64,000 nt of DNA from Alphaproteobacteria bacterium (lineage in GTDB: Bacteria; Pseudomonadota; Alphaproteobacteria; UBA828). The position numbers and the translations under genes were made by a program. Shown here piece by piece: positions 45,143 through 56,018 of this stretch. The stretch lies in NCBI GenBank assembly GCA_965242855.1, contig OZ251509.1:35286-99285 (forward strand), in the 5' to 3' direction. Numbering within the stretch: position 1 is the stretch's first letter; each line of letters begins with the position of its first letter. The notes below the pieces were generated by a model. The model worked only from the letters and a program-made list of their open reading frames with translations, was not told where the DNA came from and did no database searches.

Positions 45143-46552
45143 ATGAGCGACGTCGAAACCGTACTCAAGACGATCAAGGACAAGGACGTCCAGTTCGTGG
45201 ACTTCCGCTTCACGGATCCGCGCGGAAAGTGGCATCACACGGCCCAGGCGAGTCGGACCGTCGACGAGGACATGCTGACCGAGGGCATCATGTTCGACGG
45301 CTCCTCGATCGCGGGCTGGAAGGACATCCACCAGTCGGACATGACGCTGGTCCCGGATCCGGCGACGGCCGTGATGGACCCCTTCGCGGCGCAGCCGACG
45401 ATGATCCTGGTCTGCGACGTGATCGAGCCCTCGACCGGCCAGGGCTACGGGCGCTGCCCGCGCGGCACGGCCAAGCGCGCGGAGGTCTATCTCGCCTATT
45501 CGGGCATCGGGGACACCGCCTATTTCGGACCGGAGGCCGAGTTCTTCGTCTTCGACGACGTCCGCTTCGACGTCTCAATGAACGAGACCTACTACATGCT
45601 CGACCAGGAGGAAGGCCCGTACAATTCCGGGCGCCAGTACGAGGACGGCAATGTCGGGCACAGGCCGGGGGTCAAGGGCGGGTACTTCCCCGTGCCGCCG
45701 GTCGACTCCATGGCCGACATGCGGGCGGAGATGGTCACGCATCTGGCGGGCATGGGAGTCGCGGTCGAGAAGCACCATCACGAGGTGGCGCCCTGCCAGA
45801 ACGAGCTCGGCGTCGCCTTCGACACCATGCTGCGGGCGGCCGACCAGCTGCAGATCCAGAAATACGTGGTGCACATGACCGCCCACAGTTACGGCAAGAG
45901 CGCCACCTTCATGCCGAAGCCCGTGGTCGACGACAACGGCTCGGGCATGCATGTTCACCAGTCGTTGTGGCGGGACGGCAAGCCGCTGTTCGCCGGCACC
46001 GGCTACGCGGACCTTTCGGAGACGGCGCTCCACTACATCGGCGGCGTGATCCGGCATGCGCGCGCGATCAACGCCTTCACCAACCCCTCGACCAACAGCT
46101 ACAAGCGGCTGGTGCCGGGCTTCGAAGCGCCGGTGCTGCTGGCCTACTCGGCGCGCAACCGCTCGGCCTCGTGCCGCATCCCCTACGCGGCGAGCCCCAA
46201 GGGCAAGCGGGTGGAGGTGCGCTTCCCCGACCCGTCGGCCAACCCCTATCTCGGCTTCGCGGCGCTCCTGATGGCGGGGATCGACGGCATCGAGAACAAG
46301 ATCCATCCGGGCGACGCGATGGACAAGAATCTCTACGACCTGCCTCCGGAGGAGTTGAAGGACGTGCCGACCGTGTGCGGCAATCTCGGGGAGGCGCTGG
46401 CCGCGCTCGATGCGGACAGGGACTTCCTCAAGAAGGGCGAGGTCTTCTCGGACGACCTGATCGACGGCTATCTCGCGCTCAGGCAGGAAGAGCAGACCGC
46501 CTTCCTCACCTCGCCGCATCCGATCGAGTTCAAGATGTACTATTCCGTTTGA
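45143..46552 (+). CDS. glnA: Glutamine synthetase type I
   Basis: 469 aa, full-length GSI. Adenylylation-site region NLYDLPPEE. glnB-glnA operon order. Confidence 0.97.
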   Translation: MSDVETVLKTIKDKDVQFVDFRFTDPRGKWHHTAQASRTVDEDMLTEGIMFDGSSIAGWKDIHQSDMTLVPDPATAVMDPFAAQPTMILVCDVIEPSTGQGYGRCPRGTAKRAEVYLAYSGIGDTAYFGPEAEFFVFDDVRFDVSMNETYYMLDQEEGPYNSGRQYEDGNVGHRPGVKGGYFPVPPVDSMADMRAEMVTHLAGMGVAVEKHHHEVAPCQNELGVAFDTMLRAADQLQIQKYVVHMTAHSYGKSATFMPKPVVDDNGSGMHVHQSLWRDGKPLFAGTGYADLSETALHYIGGVIRHARAINAFTNPSTNSYKRLVPGFEAPVLLAYSARNRSASCRIPYAASPKGKRVEVRFPDPSANPYLGFAALLMAGIDGIENKIHPGDAMDKNLYDLPPEELKDVPTVCGNLGEALAALDADRDFLKKGEVFSDDLIDGYLALRQEEQTAFLTSPHPIEFKMYYSV

Positions 46553-46606
46553 CGGCCCCGGCGCGCGGGCGGCGCCGCGGTTCCCGGCGCACCGGCGCGG
46601 CCGGTC

Positions 46607-46798
46607 GTGCCGATCCAGGTCGCCGTCGGCCTCGCGATCGGGGGGGCGCTCTTCTACCCGGCGCTGCGCATCTGCCGGCGGGCGGGCCTGCGCTGGCAGA
46701 TCGCGCTCGCGGTGTTCGTTCCGCTGGCCGGGCCCGTGCTTCTGCTTCTCGCCCTCGCCTTCGTGGTCTGGCCCAACGACCCGAACCGCAGGCGTTGA
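46607..46798 (+). CDS. Small membrane protein (63 aa)
   Basis: Two hydrophobic helices flanking the RICRRAGLRW motif. Paralogous to the next ORF. GTG start. Confidence 0.45.
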   Translation: MPIQVAVGLAIGGALFYPALRICRRAGLRWQIALAVFVPLAGPVLLLLALAFVVWPNDPNRRR

Positions 46799-46801
46799 GC
46801 G

Positions 46802-47206
46802 ATGCTGGGTGTCCTCCAGTATCTGGCGGTCGTGGCGCTCCTGCTGTGGGCGTTCCGGCGCGTCTTCGCCAAGGCCGGCCTGGCGCCCGGGTGGGCCTGG
46901 CTCATGGCCGCCCCGATCGTGGGCCTGTTCACGCCGCTGCCCGTCGGACTCGCCCTGCTGATCGGCGTGCCCGCCGTCATGATCTGGGTCTTCGCGTTCG
47001 TCTCCTGGCCTTCCGTCGACGCACCGCGCGCGCCCGCGGCGGGGCCGGGCTACGCGCCGCCGGTGCCGGAGACGTTCAAGGGCCGCTTCCGGCGGACCGC
47101 CGCCCCGAGCGAACGCGCGCGCCGGGCCCGCCGGGGAATCGTCCGCGAGGCGCCGCCGCCGCCCACGCCGGAGGAAGGGTCGGAAGAAGGGAAAGACCAT
47201 GAGTGA
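46802..47206 (+). CDS. Small membrane protein (134 aa) with Pro/Arg-rich tail
   Basis: Same [23 protein letters not shown] layout as the preceding ORF. The stop overlaps the argG start region. Confidence 0.5.
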   Translation: MLGVLQYLAVVALLLWAFRRVFAKAGLAPGWAWLMAAPIVGLFTPLPVGLALLIGVPAVMIWVFAFVSWPSVDAPRAPAAGPGYAPPVPETFKGRFRRTAAPSERARRARRGIVREAPPPPTPEEGSEEGKDHE

Positions 47207-48401
47207 AGCGCCGAAAAAAGTGGTGCTCGCCTATTCCGGCGGGCTCGACACCTCGGTCATCCTGCGCTGGTTGCAGGAACGCTACGGCTGCGAGGTCGTC
47301 ACCTTCACCGCCGACATCGGCCAGGGCGAGGAACTGGCGCCCGAGCGGGCCAAGGCGGAAGCGCTCGGCGCGCGGGAAATTCACGTCGAGGACCTGCGCG
47401 AGGCGTTCGCGCGCGATTACGTCTTCCCGATGTTTCGCGCCAACGCGCTCTACGAGGGCGTCTACCTCCTCGGGACGGCGATCGCCCGCCCCCTCATCGC
47501 CAAGCGGCAGATCGAGATCGCCCGCCGGACCGGCGCCGACGCGGTGGCCCACGGGGCGACGGGCAAAGGCAACGACCAGGTGCGCTTCGAACTCGGCTAC
47601 TACGCGCACCAACCGGACATTCACATCGTCGCGCCGTGGCGCGAATGGGCGCTCTCCTCCCGCGAGGCGCTCGTCGCCTACGCCGAACGGCACCAAGTCC
47701 CGATCCCTCGCGACAAGCGCGGCGAGCCGCCCTACTCGACCGACGCCAACCTCCTGCACATCTCCTACGAGGGCAAGGCGCTGGAGGACCCGTGGATCGC
47801 GCCGGACGAGGCGATGTTCACCCGCTCCGTCGCGCCGGAGCGCGCGCCCGACCGCCCGACCTGGGTGGAGATCGATTTCGACGGCGGCGACCCGGTGGCG
47901 GTGGACGGCGCGCCGCTGCGCCCCGCCGCCCTGATCGAGAGGCTGAACGCGCTCGGCGGCGCCAACGGGATCGGGCGGGTCGATATGGTCGAGAACCGCT
48001 TCGTCGGCATGAAGTCGCGCGGCGTTTACGAGACGCCGGGGGGCACGATTCTGATCGCCGCCCACCGCGCGATCGAGAGCCTGACGCTCGACCGCGCGGC
48101 CGCCCACCTGAAGGACGAGCTGATGCCGCGCTACGCCGCGCTCGTCTACAACGGCTTCTGGTTCTCGCCCGAGCGCGCGATGTTGCAGGCCGCGATCGAC
48201 GAGAGCCAGCGCGGGGTGACCGGCACCGTGCGCCTCAAGCTCTTCAAGGGCTCGGTCACCGTCGACGGGCGCAAGGCGCCGCGCAGCCTCTACAGCCCGG
48301 CCCACGCGACCTTCGAGGCCGATTCCGTCTACGACCAGCGCGATGCCGAAGGCTTCATCAAGCTGAACGCCCTGCGCCTGCGCCTGCGCGGCGGGGAATA
48401 G
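47199..48401 (+). CDS. argG: Argininosuccinate synthase
   Basis: [12 protein letters not shown] and [15 protein letters not shown] motifs. 400 aa. Confidence 0.97.
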   Translation: MSEAPKKVVLAYSGGLDTSVILRWLQERYGCEVVTFTADIGQGEELAPERAKAEALGAREIHVEDLREAFARDYVFPMFRANALYEGVYLLGTAIARPLIAKRQIEIARRTGADAVAHGATGKGNDQVRFELGYYAHQPDIHIVAPWREWALSSREALVAYAERHQVPIPRDKRGEPPYSTDANLLHISYEGKALEDPWIAPDEAMFTRSVAPERAPDRPTWVEIDFDGGDPVAVDGAPLRPAALIERLNALGGANGIGRVDMVENRFVGMKSRGVYETPGGTILIAAHRAIESLTLDRAAAHLKDELMPRYAALVYNGFWFSPERAMLQAAIDESQRGVTGTVRLKLFKGSVTVDGRKAPRSLYSPAHATFEADSVYDQRDAEGFIKLNALRLRLRGGE

Positions 48402-48646
48402 GAACCGCAAGACGACGGCGTTCGGGCCGCGGCGGCGAGAGCGCGGCGTTCGTCGGGACGGCCCGTCTGCGCAGCCGGGCGCCAAGGGTGCGGCCGGACC
48501 GCTCCCCGGGGAAGCCCTTCCGACGGCTCCTCCGGATCATCAAGCATGGCTCTCGCATAATCCACGCGGTCGCGGTTCGTCGCCCCGACCGGCATGACGA
48601 TTTCGCCCGCCTGGCGCGGCGGCGTGGGGCGGGGTAGAACGAGCGC

Positions 48647-49663
48647 GTGAAATACGGCTTCTTCATCCGTGGGCAGTACCGCCGGGGCGAGGACATGCAG
48701 GCGCGGTTCGCCGAGCTCTGCGCGCAGGCGCGGCTCGCCGACGCGCTCGGGTTCGACCTGATCGCCACCGGGATGCATTACGGCTCCCACCCACTCCAGC
48801 AATACCAGCAGATGCCGCTTCTCGCCCGCCTGATGGTGGAGGCGCCGCGCTGCCGCCTGCTGCCGGGGATCGTCCTTCTCTCGCTGCACAAGCCGCTCGA
48901 CATCGCCGAGCAGGTCGCGACGCTGGACGTGATGTCCGGCGGGCGCGTGATCTTCGGCGCTGGCCTCGGCTACCGCGCGGTCGAGTTCCAGGCGTTCGGC
49001 ACCACCCAGGCCGAGCGGGTCGCGCGCCTGGAGGAGAACCTCGAGGCAGTCCTCCGGCTGTGGACGGAGGAGCGGGTGACGATGCGGGGTTCCCACTTCG
49101 CGCTCGAGGGGGTGACCGCCTCGCTGAAGCCGCTGCAACGGCCGCGCCCGCCGGTCTGGCTCGGCGCCAACGCCGACGCCGCCGTCGAACGGGCGGCGCG
49201 CCTGGGCGACAGCTGGTTCATCAGCCCCCACCAGCGCATGGAGACGACCGAGCGCCAGCTCGCGCTCTACCGCCGCGCCCTCGACGCCGCCGGCAAACCC
49301 TTCCCCCGGGAGCTGCCGCTGATGCGCGAGATCTTCGTCGCCCGGACGAGGGAAGAGGCGGAACGGCTGGCCCGCCCCCACCTGGAAGAGAAGTACAAGA
49401 CCTACCACGCCTGGGGGCAGGACAAGGCGATGCCGGCAGGCGACGACGACCTCTCGCTGGATTTCGACGACCTGATGCGCGACCGCTTCCTGTTCGGCGC
49501 GCCCGCGGAGATCGCCGAACAGATCGCGGGCTACGGCCGCCGGCTCGGCGTCACCACCCTCATCCTCGGCATGCACTGGGTGGGGATGCCGCACGCCCAG
49601 GTGATGGAGAGCATGCGACTCTTCGCCGAGGAGGTGGCGCCGCTGGTGGCCGGGGCGTCGTGA
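48647..49663 (+). CDS. LLM-class flavin-dependent oxidoreductase
   Basis: GTG start. Luciferase-like monooxygenase layout (GFDLIATGMHY..., SGGRVIFGAGLGY...). Confidence 0.8.
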   Translation: MKYGFFIRGQYRRGEDMQARFAELCAQARLADALGFDLIATGMHYGSHPLQQYQQMPLLARLMVEAPRCRLLPGIVLLSLHKPLDIAEQVATLDVMSGGRVIFGAGLGYRAVEFQAFGTTQAERVARLEENLEAVLRLWTEERVTMRGSHFALEGVTASLKPLQRPRPPVWLGANADAAVERAARLGDSWFISPHQRMETTERQLALYRRALDAAGKPFPRELPLMREIFVARTREEAERLARPHLEEKYKTYHAWGQDKAMPAGDDDLSLDFDDLMRDRFLFGAPAEIAEQIAGYGRRLGVTTLILGMHWVGMPHAQVMESMRLFAEEVAPLVAGAS

Positions 49664-49690
49664 CGCCGCCTGGCGATGAGGGGGTGGGCG

Positions 49691-50095
49691 ATGGCCGAAA
49701 GCCTGCACCACGTCCATGTCTTCGCCAGCGACATCGAGGCGACGATCGCCTGGTGGCGCGACATGCTGGGCGGCGAGACCGTCCATGACGGGACGCTGGC
49801 CGGAGCCCGCAACGTCTTCATGCGCATCGGCCAGGGCGGGCTGCACATCTACGACCAGCCGCCGCGTGACGCGGGCCGCGGCCCGATCCACCATATCGGC
49901 ATCCGGAGCGACGACCTGCGCGGCCTGGTCGCGCGCATGAAGGCGCGAGGCGTCGCGTTCCGCAGCGACATCCGCGAGTTCGGGACGTGGCGCTACATCA
50001 TGTGCGCGGCGCCGGACGGCGTCCTGCTCGAGCTCTTCGAGTTCGACCCGGGGCACGCGCCGGCGCGCGTGACCCGCTATCTCCGCGGCGCCTGA
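49691..50095 (+). CDS. VOC family (glyoxalase/bleomycin-resistance/dioxygenase) protein
   Basis: LHHVHVFASDIEATIAWW...GPIHHIGIRSDDL...GVLLELFE, typical of a paired beta-alpha-beta-beta-beta VOC module. Confidence 0.75.
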   Translation: MAESLHHVHVFASDIEATIAWWRDMLGGETVHDGTLAGARNVFMRIGQGGLHIYDQPPRDAGRGPIHHIGIRSDDLRGLVARMKARGVAFRSDIREFGTWRYIMCAAPDGVLLELFEFDPGHAPARVTRYLRGA

Positions 50096-50107
50096 CCGCC
50101 CGCGCGG

Positions 50108-51040
50108 TCAAAGCGGGCGCGCCGGCGCGAGGTCGGCGAGCCGCGCGTCGATGGCCGCGGCCGCGGGCATGGCCGGCGCGCCGCCCCTGCCCAGGCAGGC
50201 GAGGCCGGCGCCGACGCTCGCCCGATGGAGCGTCTCCGGAAGCGGCGATCCCGTCGCGAGGCCGAGGGCGAGGCCGGCGACGAAGGCGTCCCCGGCACCG
50301 ACCGTATCCACGGGCGCGAGCGCCAGCGCCCCGCACCGCCAGGCGCCGTCGGGCGCGAAGGCGCGGGCGCCGGCGCCTCCCAGGCTGACGACCGTCGGCA
50401 CCCCGTGGCGCCGGGCGACGGCGCGCGCGGCCGCCGCACCGGACGCCGCTGGCAGCCCCTCCTGCCGGGCCAGCGCCTCGGCCTCGATCTCGTTGACCAC
50501 CAGCAGGTCCAGGGAAGGAAACAGCGCGGCCGGCACCGGCCCGGCTGGGGCAAGATTGAGGACGACCCGCGCACCGGCCGCCTTGGCGCGCGCGACGACG
50601 GCCCGGTTCGCGGCCGGCGGAACCTCCCTCTGCAAGACGAGCACGGTGCCGGGCCCCAGCCATTCGGCGGGCAACGCCTCCGACGCGAGATCGCGATTGG
50701 CGCCGCTCGCCACGGCGATCTGGTTCTCGGCGGCGCGGTCGACGACGACCGCCGCGCAGCCGGTCGGGCGCGCGCTCCGGGCCACCCGCCCGGTTTCAAC
50801 GCCGGCCTCCTTCAAGGCGTCCAGCGCGAGCGCGGCGAAATCGTCGGCGCCGACGCAGCCCACCATCCGCACCGGCATCGCCGCGTCGCGCCGCGCCCGC
50901 GCCGCGGCGACCGCCTGGTTCAGGCCCTTGCCGCCCGGCGCCGCGCGGTAATCCGGGCAGAGCACGGTCTCCCCGGCGCGGGGCAAGGCGTCGACGGGGA
51001 ACAGCAGGTCGGCGTTGATGGAACCGAACACGACGATCAT
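50108..51040 (-). CDS. rbsK: Ribokinase / PfkB-family sugar kinase
   Basis: MIVVFGSINADL..., GGKGLNQAVAAAR, VVNEIEAEAL, DTVGAGDAF motifs. ATG at 51040. The upstream extension is non-homologous. Confidence 0.85.
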   Translation of the reverse strand: MIVVFGSINADLLFPVDALPRAGETVLCPDYRAAPGGKGLNQAVAAARARRDAAMPVRMVGCVGADDFAALALDALKEAGVETGRVARSARPTGCAAVVVDRAAENQIAVASGANRDLASEALPAEWLGPGTVLVLQREVPPAANRAVVARAKAAGARVVLNLAPAGPVPAALFPSLDLLVVNEIEAEALARQEGLPAASGAAAARAVARRHGVPTVVSLGGAGARAFAPDGAWRCGALALAPVDTVGAGDAFVAGLALGLATGSPLPETLHRASVGAGLACLGRGGAPAMPAAAAIDARLADLAPARPL

Positions 51041-51311
51041 CGGCCTCTCCCGTGCGCGGCGGCGCGGTATCGAGACTAGCGCATACGGCGCGCGGCCCCT
51101 GGCCCGGCGCCGGGCGGCGCGATATACGCGCCGGAGGGGAGGCGCCGGCGGGGAGGCCGGGATGAACGACAGCGCGTCGCGCGCGCGCCGGCGCCGTTTG
51201 CCGGGCCGGGGCGCGCCGCTCTTCCACGACCGGCCGCCGCATCCCGTGCGGGGCGCGGGCGTTCCGGTCCGGGACGGCGCCGGCCGCCCCCGTCTCGACG
51301 CCTGCAGCACC

Positions 51312-51704
51312 GTGCCGCATGTCGGCCGCTGCCACCCGCGCGTCGGCGAAGCGCGCGCGAGGCAAGCCGCCCCGCCCGCTCGTTCGACCCGCTATCTGGA
51401 CGAACGCATCCTCGCTTGCGCCGGGGCGTTGCGCGCGACCTTCGATGCGAGTCTCTCCCGCGTGGTCTTCCGCTGCTCGAGCACCGAGGCCAGCGAGCGG
51501 GCGCCCGGGATCGCGCGCGCCTGCACCGGGAACGACGGCGTCATCGCCACCGATTTCCGCCATCACGGAAACTCAGCGGCGATCGCGGCGCTCTCCACGG
51601 CCTTCGCCGAGCCGGCGCCCGCCTCCGGCGACGCGCCCGACGCCGGGGCCGCCGCGGAGGCCGCCATCGCCGCGCTGGCCGACGCGCGGGCGGCGCTCCC
51701 GTAG
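51312..51704 (+). CDS. Hypothetical protein (weak call)
   Basis: GC3-rich in-frame stretch ending ...AEAAIAALADARAALP-stop just before the next gene. No motif recognised. GTG at 51312 is only one possible start. Confidence 0.25.
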   Translation: MPHVGRCHPRVGEARARQAAPPARSTRYLDERILACAGALRATFDASLSRVVFRCSSTEASERAPGIARACTGNDGVIATDFRHHGNSAAIAALSTAFAEPAPASGDAPDAGAAAEAAIAALADARAALP

Positions 51705-51713
51705 CGCCCCGGC

Positions 51714-52760
51714 ATGGCGACCGACGGCTTCTACCGCCTGCCGCCGGCGGAGCGCACCGAGCGCCTGCGGGCGCTGGCGGGCGCGGCCCTCGCGCGCTGG
51801 GGCGTGAGCGGCGGGCGCGCGCCGGAGGTCGTCAAATGCCGCGAGAACGCCGTGTTCCGGGTCACCGCGCCCGACGGACGGCGGGCGGCGCTGCGCATCC
51901 ACCGCCACGGCTATCACACGGATGCCGCGCTCCGCTCCGAACTGGCCTGGATGGAAGCCCTGCGCGGCGCCGGCGTCGCCGTGCCGGCGGTCGTTCCCAC
52001 GTCGTCCGGAGCGCCCTTCGCCGTCGTCCGGGCGCGCGGCGTGCCGGAGCCGCGTCAGGTGGACATGGTGACCTGGATGACCGGCACCCCCCTGGGCACG
52101 ATCGAGGACGGCCCCGGCCCGGCGGTCGCAGACCTTCGCGCAACCTTCCGCGGCGTCGGCCGGCTGGCGGCCCGCCTCCACAACCACGCGCAAGGCTGGT
52201 CCCCACCCGCCGGCTTCGTCCGCCACGCCTGGGACGAAGCCGGGCTGTTGGGCGCCGACCCGCTCTGGGGCCGCTTCTGGCTGGACGGCGGCCTGGGCGC
52301 CCCCGAGCGGCGCCTGATCGAGCGGGCCCGCGACCGCGCGCGCGGCGATCTCGCCGCCTACGGCCGGCCGCCGCGGCGTTACGGCCTGATCCACGCCGAT
52401 TTCAATCTCGACAACATGTTGCTGGACGGCGACCGGGTGGTCCTCCTCGATTTCGACGATTCCGGCTTCGGCTGGCACCTGTTCGATCTGGCGACGGTCT
52501 GGACCCTGTTCCACGGCGCGGATTGCGCTGCGCCGATGCGCGCCGGCGTGATCGAGGGATACCGCCGCGAGCGCGACCTGCCGGACGCGGAGGTCGCGCG
52601 CCTCCCGCTCTTCGAGCTCGCGCGCGCGTTCAGCTATCTGGGCTGGGTCGGGACCCGGCGCGAGACTGCGACCGCGCGGGCCATCGCGCCCCGCGTCGCC
52701 GCCATCGCCTGCGAATTGGCGGAGGCCTATCTCCGCCGGCCGGTCACGAAAACAGGGTGA
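51714..52760 (+). CDS. Phosphotransferase (APH / homoserine-kinase type II-like) family protein
   Basis: Catalytic loop LIHADFNLDNMLL and LLDFDDSGFGW (HxDxxxxN...D) of the protein-kinase-like fold. Confidence 0.8.
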   Translation: MATDGFYRLPPAERTERLRALAGAALARWGVSGGRAPEVVKCRENAVFRVTAPDGRRAALRIHRHGYHTDAALRSELAWMEALRGAGVAVPAVVPTSSGAPFAVVRARGVPEPRQVDMVTWMTGTPLGTIEDGPGPAVADLRATFRGVGRLAARLHNHAQGWSPPAGFVRHAWDEAGLLGADPLWGRFWLDGGLGAPERRLIERARDRARGDLAAYGRPPRRYGLIHADFNLDNMLLDGDRVVLLDFDDSGFGWHLFDLATVWTLFHGADCAAPMRAGVIEGYRRERDLPDAEVARLPLFELARAFSYLGWVGTRRETATARAIAPRVAAIACELAEAYLRRPVTKTG

Positions 52761-53880
52761 GCACGCCGGTGTAGCCGTAGACCCGGTTGTGCGAGATCTC
52801 GCCGTTGCAGAAGAAGCCGACCAGCGGCACGTCCCCCAGCGCGCCCTCGACCAGCTTCATCTCCCGGGAGGCCTCGCCGAACATGTTGGGGCCGCGGGCG
52901 AGGCACGAGAAATAGAGCCCGCCGCGCGGCGCGGCGCCGGCCCGGCGTTTCACGGACGCCACCATCCGCCCCAGATCCTCTTCCGCGGCGGCGGCGTCGC
53001 GGCGGCAGAAGCGCAGGGCGGCGCCTTGCTCGATAAGCGCGCTGATGCCGATCAGCTTCTTGTCCAGGTCGAAACCGACGATGTTGCGCACCGTGTAATC
53101 GCCGGTATCGCTCCCCGAAACCGGGAGCGCCGCGAAGATGCGGCCCGCCACCTGCCGCAGGTCGCGGGCCAGGGCTTCGCCGATCTCCTCCTTGAAGACG
53201 TCGAGGGCCGCCCGCCCGTCGAGTTCGGCGATGACGTTGGCCCGACAGGCCGTGACCTCGTGGCTCTCCCCGATCGGCGTACAGCTCTGGCTGAGCGCGG
53301 TGGAGACGGCAACCGTCTCGGCGAGCAGGACGCCCGACACCCCGCCTTGCGTCACGCCGCCGGCGATCTGCGCCGGGACCGAGCGCGCGGAGGAAACGCC
53401 GCCGACCAGGAACCCGTCCAGCGCCTCGGCGAGATCGGCCACGATGTCGGCGAGGCGCTGGTTGCGCGGGTCGGCGTGAACGATGCCGAAGCGGGACGGC
53501 GCGCGCGCGATCCAGGCGCCGTTGTCGCGGCTGAACGCGCCCGGATCGTCGCGAACGGTATCGAACACCCGGTAGCTCTCGGGTTCCATCTCGGCGATCA
53601 TGACGGCGGCGGCGGGCTCGTCGAAATATTCGCGCCCCGTGGCGCACACGCCGATGCCGACCGACCCCACCCATTCGTCCAGGCCCGTCGCGCGTTTCAG
53701 GCGGTCGAGCGCGGCGGGCAGTCCGTCGCCGATGGAGTCCGTGACGTAGACCAGCCCGAGCCCGCGCGGCGGCCGCGCCAGATCGAGCTGCGCGAGGCAC
53801 GCCTCGACGGCGGCTTCCCCGTCCGGCCCGCCGGCATGGGCGCACTGGAATCGCGTCATCGGCCGATCCTCCGGCTCCAT
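52744..53880 (-). CDS. FIST N/C-domain sensory protein
   Basis: Length and layout are typical of FIST_N plus FIST_C (GLVYVTD..., GFFCNGEISHNRVYGYTGVLTLF C-terminus). Confidence 0.7.
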   Translation of the reverse strand: MEPEDRPMTRFQCAHAGGPDGEAAVEACLAQLDLARPPRGLGLVYVTDSIGDGLPAALDRLKRATGLDEWVGSVGIGVCATGREYFDEPAAAVMIAEMEPESYRVFDTVRDDPGAFSRDNGAWIARAPSRFGIVHADPRNQRLADIVADLAEALDGFLVGGVSSARSVPAQIAGGVTQGGVSGVLLAETVAVSTALSQSCTPIGESHEVTACRANVIAELDGRAALDVFKEEIGEALARDLRQVAGRIFAALPVSGSDTGDYTVRNIVGFDLDKKLIGISALIEQGAALRFCRRDAAAAEEDLGRMVASVKRRAGAAPRGGLYFSCLARGPNMFGEASREMKLVEGALGDVPLVGFFCNGEISHNRVYGYTGVLTLFS

Positions 53881-53887
53881 GGTGCGG

Positions 53888-55234
53888 TCAACCGCCCGCC
53901 TCCCGCAAGCGCGCGCCGCACCAGGCGGCCGCGCGCAAGGTCGCCGCGTCGGAACCGAACCGCCCGACCACCTGGAGACCGAGCGGCAGCCCGGCGCGGC
54001 GGAGACCGGGCACGTTGATCGCCGGCACCCCGAGCAGCGTCCAGAGCATGGTCTGCATACGGCTGCCGGTGAAGCCCAGGCCGCGCGGCGCGCCGCCGGG
54101 CGCGGACGGCGTGAGGGCCGCGTCGTAAGGCCGGAGAGCGTCGTCGAAGGCGCGGCGCAGGGCGTCCGCCTCCGCCAACAGGGAGAGATAGGCCGCGGCG
54201 TCGATCTCCCGCCCCGCGCGGACGTGCGCGCGCACGGTCTCGGACAGCGCCGCGCCGCCGCGCTCGACGTAGGGCGCGAGGTGATGGGCGATCTCGCGGC
54301 GCATGATGCCCCGGTGCACCGCCGCCGCCCGCGCGAACGCGGGGCCGAGGACGAGCGGCGCCGCGCCGAGTCCTTCCGCCGCCGCCGCGCAGGCCGCCGC
54401 CGCGCCGGGTTCGATCTCGTCCCACGCCGGCTGCCTCACGAACGCGAGGCGGGGCCGCCCGAGCGGCGGCGCGAGGGCCGCGGCGAGGCGGGTCGGCGCC
54501 CGCCCGGCGCTCGCCCGGTCGACGCGGTCGTCGCCGGAGACGGCGTCGATCCCGCGCGCCACGCCCAATGCGGACGCGGCCAGGACTCCCACATGGTCGA
54601 GGGTGTGCGAGAGCGCCAGGACGCCCGTCCGAGGGATCGCGCCGAAGCTCGGCTTCATGCCCCACACCCCGCAGAACGCCGCCGGGCGCACGACGGAGCC
54701 GGCGGTCTGCGTCCCCAGCGCGAGCGGCACGTGGCCGGCGGCGACGGCCGCGGCGGAGCCGCTGGACGACCCACCCGGCGTGTGCGCGGGCGCGTGCGGG
54801 TTCCGGGTCGGGCCGGCGGCGCCGCAGGCGAGTTCCGTGGTCACGGTCTTGCCCAGGACCAGCGCCCCGGCCGCCCGCAGGCGGCGCACGACGGTGGCGT
54901 CGACCGCCGGCTTGCGCCCCGCGTCGAGGGCCGTGCCGTTCCCGGTCGGCTGGTCCGCCGTGTCGACGATGTCCTTGACCCCGATGGGCACGCCCGCGAG
55001 CGTGCCGCGCGCACCGCCCGAGTCGAGCGCCCGCGCACACGCCATGGCGGCGGCCTCGTCGAGGTGGCGCCAGGCCCGGACGGCCGGCTCGCTCCCGGCG
55101 ATGCGGGCGAGGGCGGCGACGCACGCGCCCTCCGCCGTCTCGCGCCCCGCGCGGACGGCGCCGGCGACGGCATCGACCCCCGGGCAGGCCGGCGGCCGCG
55201 CCGTCGTTCCCCGCCTCGGACCGGCCCGCGTCAT
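53888..55234 (-). CDS. Amidase (amidase-signature family)
   Basis: GVPIGVKDI..., NPHAPAHTPGGSSSGSAAAVAAG...GTQTAGSVVRPAAFCG amidase signature with the Ser-cisSer-Lys context. ATG at 55234. Confidence 0.88.
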   Translation of the reverse strand: MTRAGPRRGTTARPPACPGVDAVAGAVRAGRETAEGACVAALARIAGSEPAVRAWRHLDEAAAMACARALDSGGARGTLAGVPIGVKDIVDTADQPTGNGTALDAGRKPAVDATVVRRLRAAGALVLGKTVTTELACGAAGPTRNPHAPAHTPGGSSSGSAAAVAAGHVPLALGTQTAGSVVRPAAFCGVWGMKPSFGAIPRTGVLALSHTLDHVGVLAASALGVARGIDAVSGDDRVDRASAGRAPTRLAAALAPPLGRPRLAFVRQPAWDEIEPGAAAACAAAAEGLGAAPLVLGPAFARAAAVHRGIMRREIAHHLAPYVERGGAALSETVRAHVRAGREIDAAAYLSLLAEADALRRAFDDALRPYDAALTPSAPGGAPRGLGFTGSRMQTMLWTLLGVPAINVPGLRRAGLPLGLQVVGRFGSDAATLRAAAWCGARLREAGG

Positions 55235-55316
55235 GCTCCCTTCATGATACCCGCGTTTCCCCGACGCGCCGCTTCGGCGCGCTGGCACGGACGAATCGCG
55301 CCCGTTATCCTGGGCC

Positions 55317-56018
55317 ATGATCGCAACCGTGGAATATTGGGGCGCAAGCACCGATCTCGCGGTGCTGGACCGGCTGGTGGAATTGGCGCGGCGCGACGTG
55401 GTCGACGTCGGCTGCGGCGCCGGCGCCATGGCCCGCGCGCTGGCGGAACGCGGCGCCACCGTGCTCGCGGTCGAGCCGGATCCGGTCCAGGCCGAGCGCA
55501 ACCGTGCCGCGCCGCCCGTGGACGGCGTGACCTTCGCCGAAGCGCGGGCCGAGGCGCTGCCGGTCGAGGACGGGGCGCTGGACGGGGCGCTCTTCGGCCG
55601 CTCCCTCCACCACGTGCCGGCGGCCGCGATGCAGGCCGCGCTCGCGGAGGCGCGGCGCGCCGTGGCGAAGGGCGGCTTCGTGTACGTCCTGGAACCGGTG
55701 ATGGCGGGGACCTTCTCGGCCGTCCTCGCGCCCTTCCACGACGAGACGGAGGTCCGCCGGCAGGCGCGCGCCGCGCTGCGCGATTCCGCGCCGCTCTTCG
55801 CCAGCGAACGCGAGATTCACTACGCGAGCGAGGTCCGCTTCGCGAGCCACGACGCCTTCGTGGAACGCTTCACCGGCCTGCGCTACAACAGCTACAGCGC
55901 CGAGGCGGTCGCGAGCGAGACCGTGCGGCGCCTCTTCGAAGCCGGGCGCACGGACGAGTGCGATTACGCCTTCGCGCAACCCATGCGAGTCAATCTCTTC
56001 CGTACCCCCTCCGCATGA
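55317..56018 (+). CDS. Class I SAM-dependent methyltransferase
   Basis: Motif I VVDVGCGAGAMARALAERG, and a post-I acidic residue in VLAVEPD. Confidence 0.8.
   Translation: MIATVEYWGASTDLAVLDRLVELARRDVVDVGCGAGAMARALAERGATVLAVEPDPVQAERNRAAPPVDGVTFAEARAEALPVEDGALDGALFGRSLHHVPAAAMQAALAEARRAVAKGGFVYVLEPVMAGTFSAVLAPFHDETEVRRQARAALRDSAPLFASEREIHYASEVRFASHDAFVERFTGLRYNSYSAEAVASETVRRLFEAGRTDECDYAFAQPMRVNLFRTPSA

Noticed and set aside
53879-56014. 712-codon N-terminal extension of the nnr ORF, and the similar extension of the amt ORF (56443..57528)
   Set aside because: The extensions run antisense or out of frame through the amidase, methyltransferase and nnr genes. Family similarity begins at the ATGs at 56015 and 57529.
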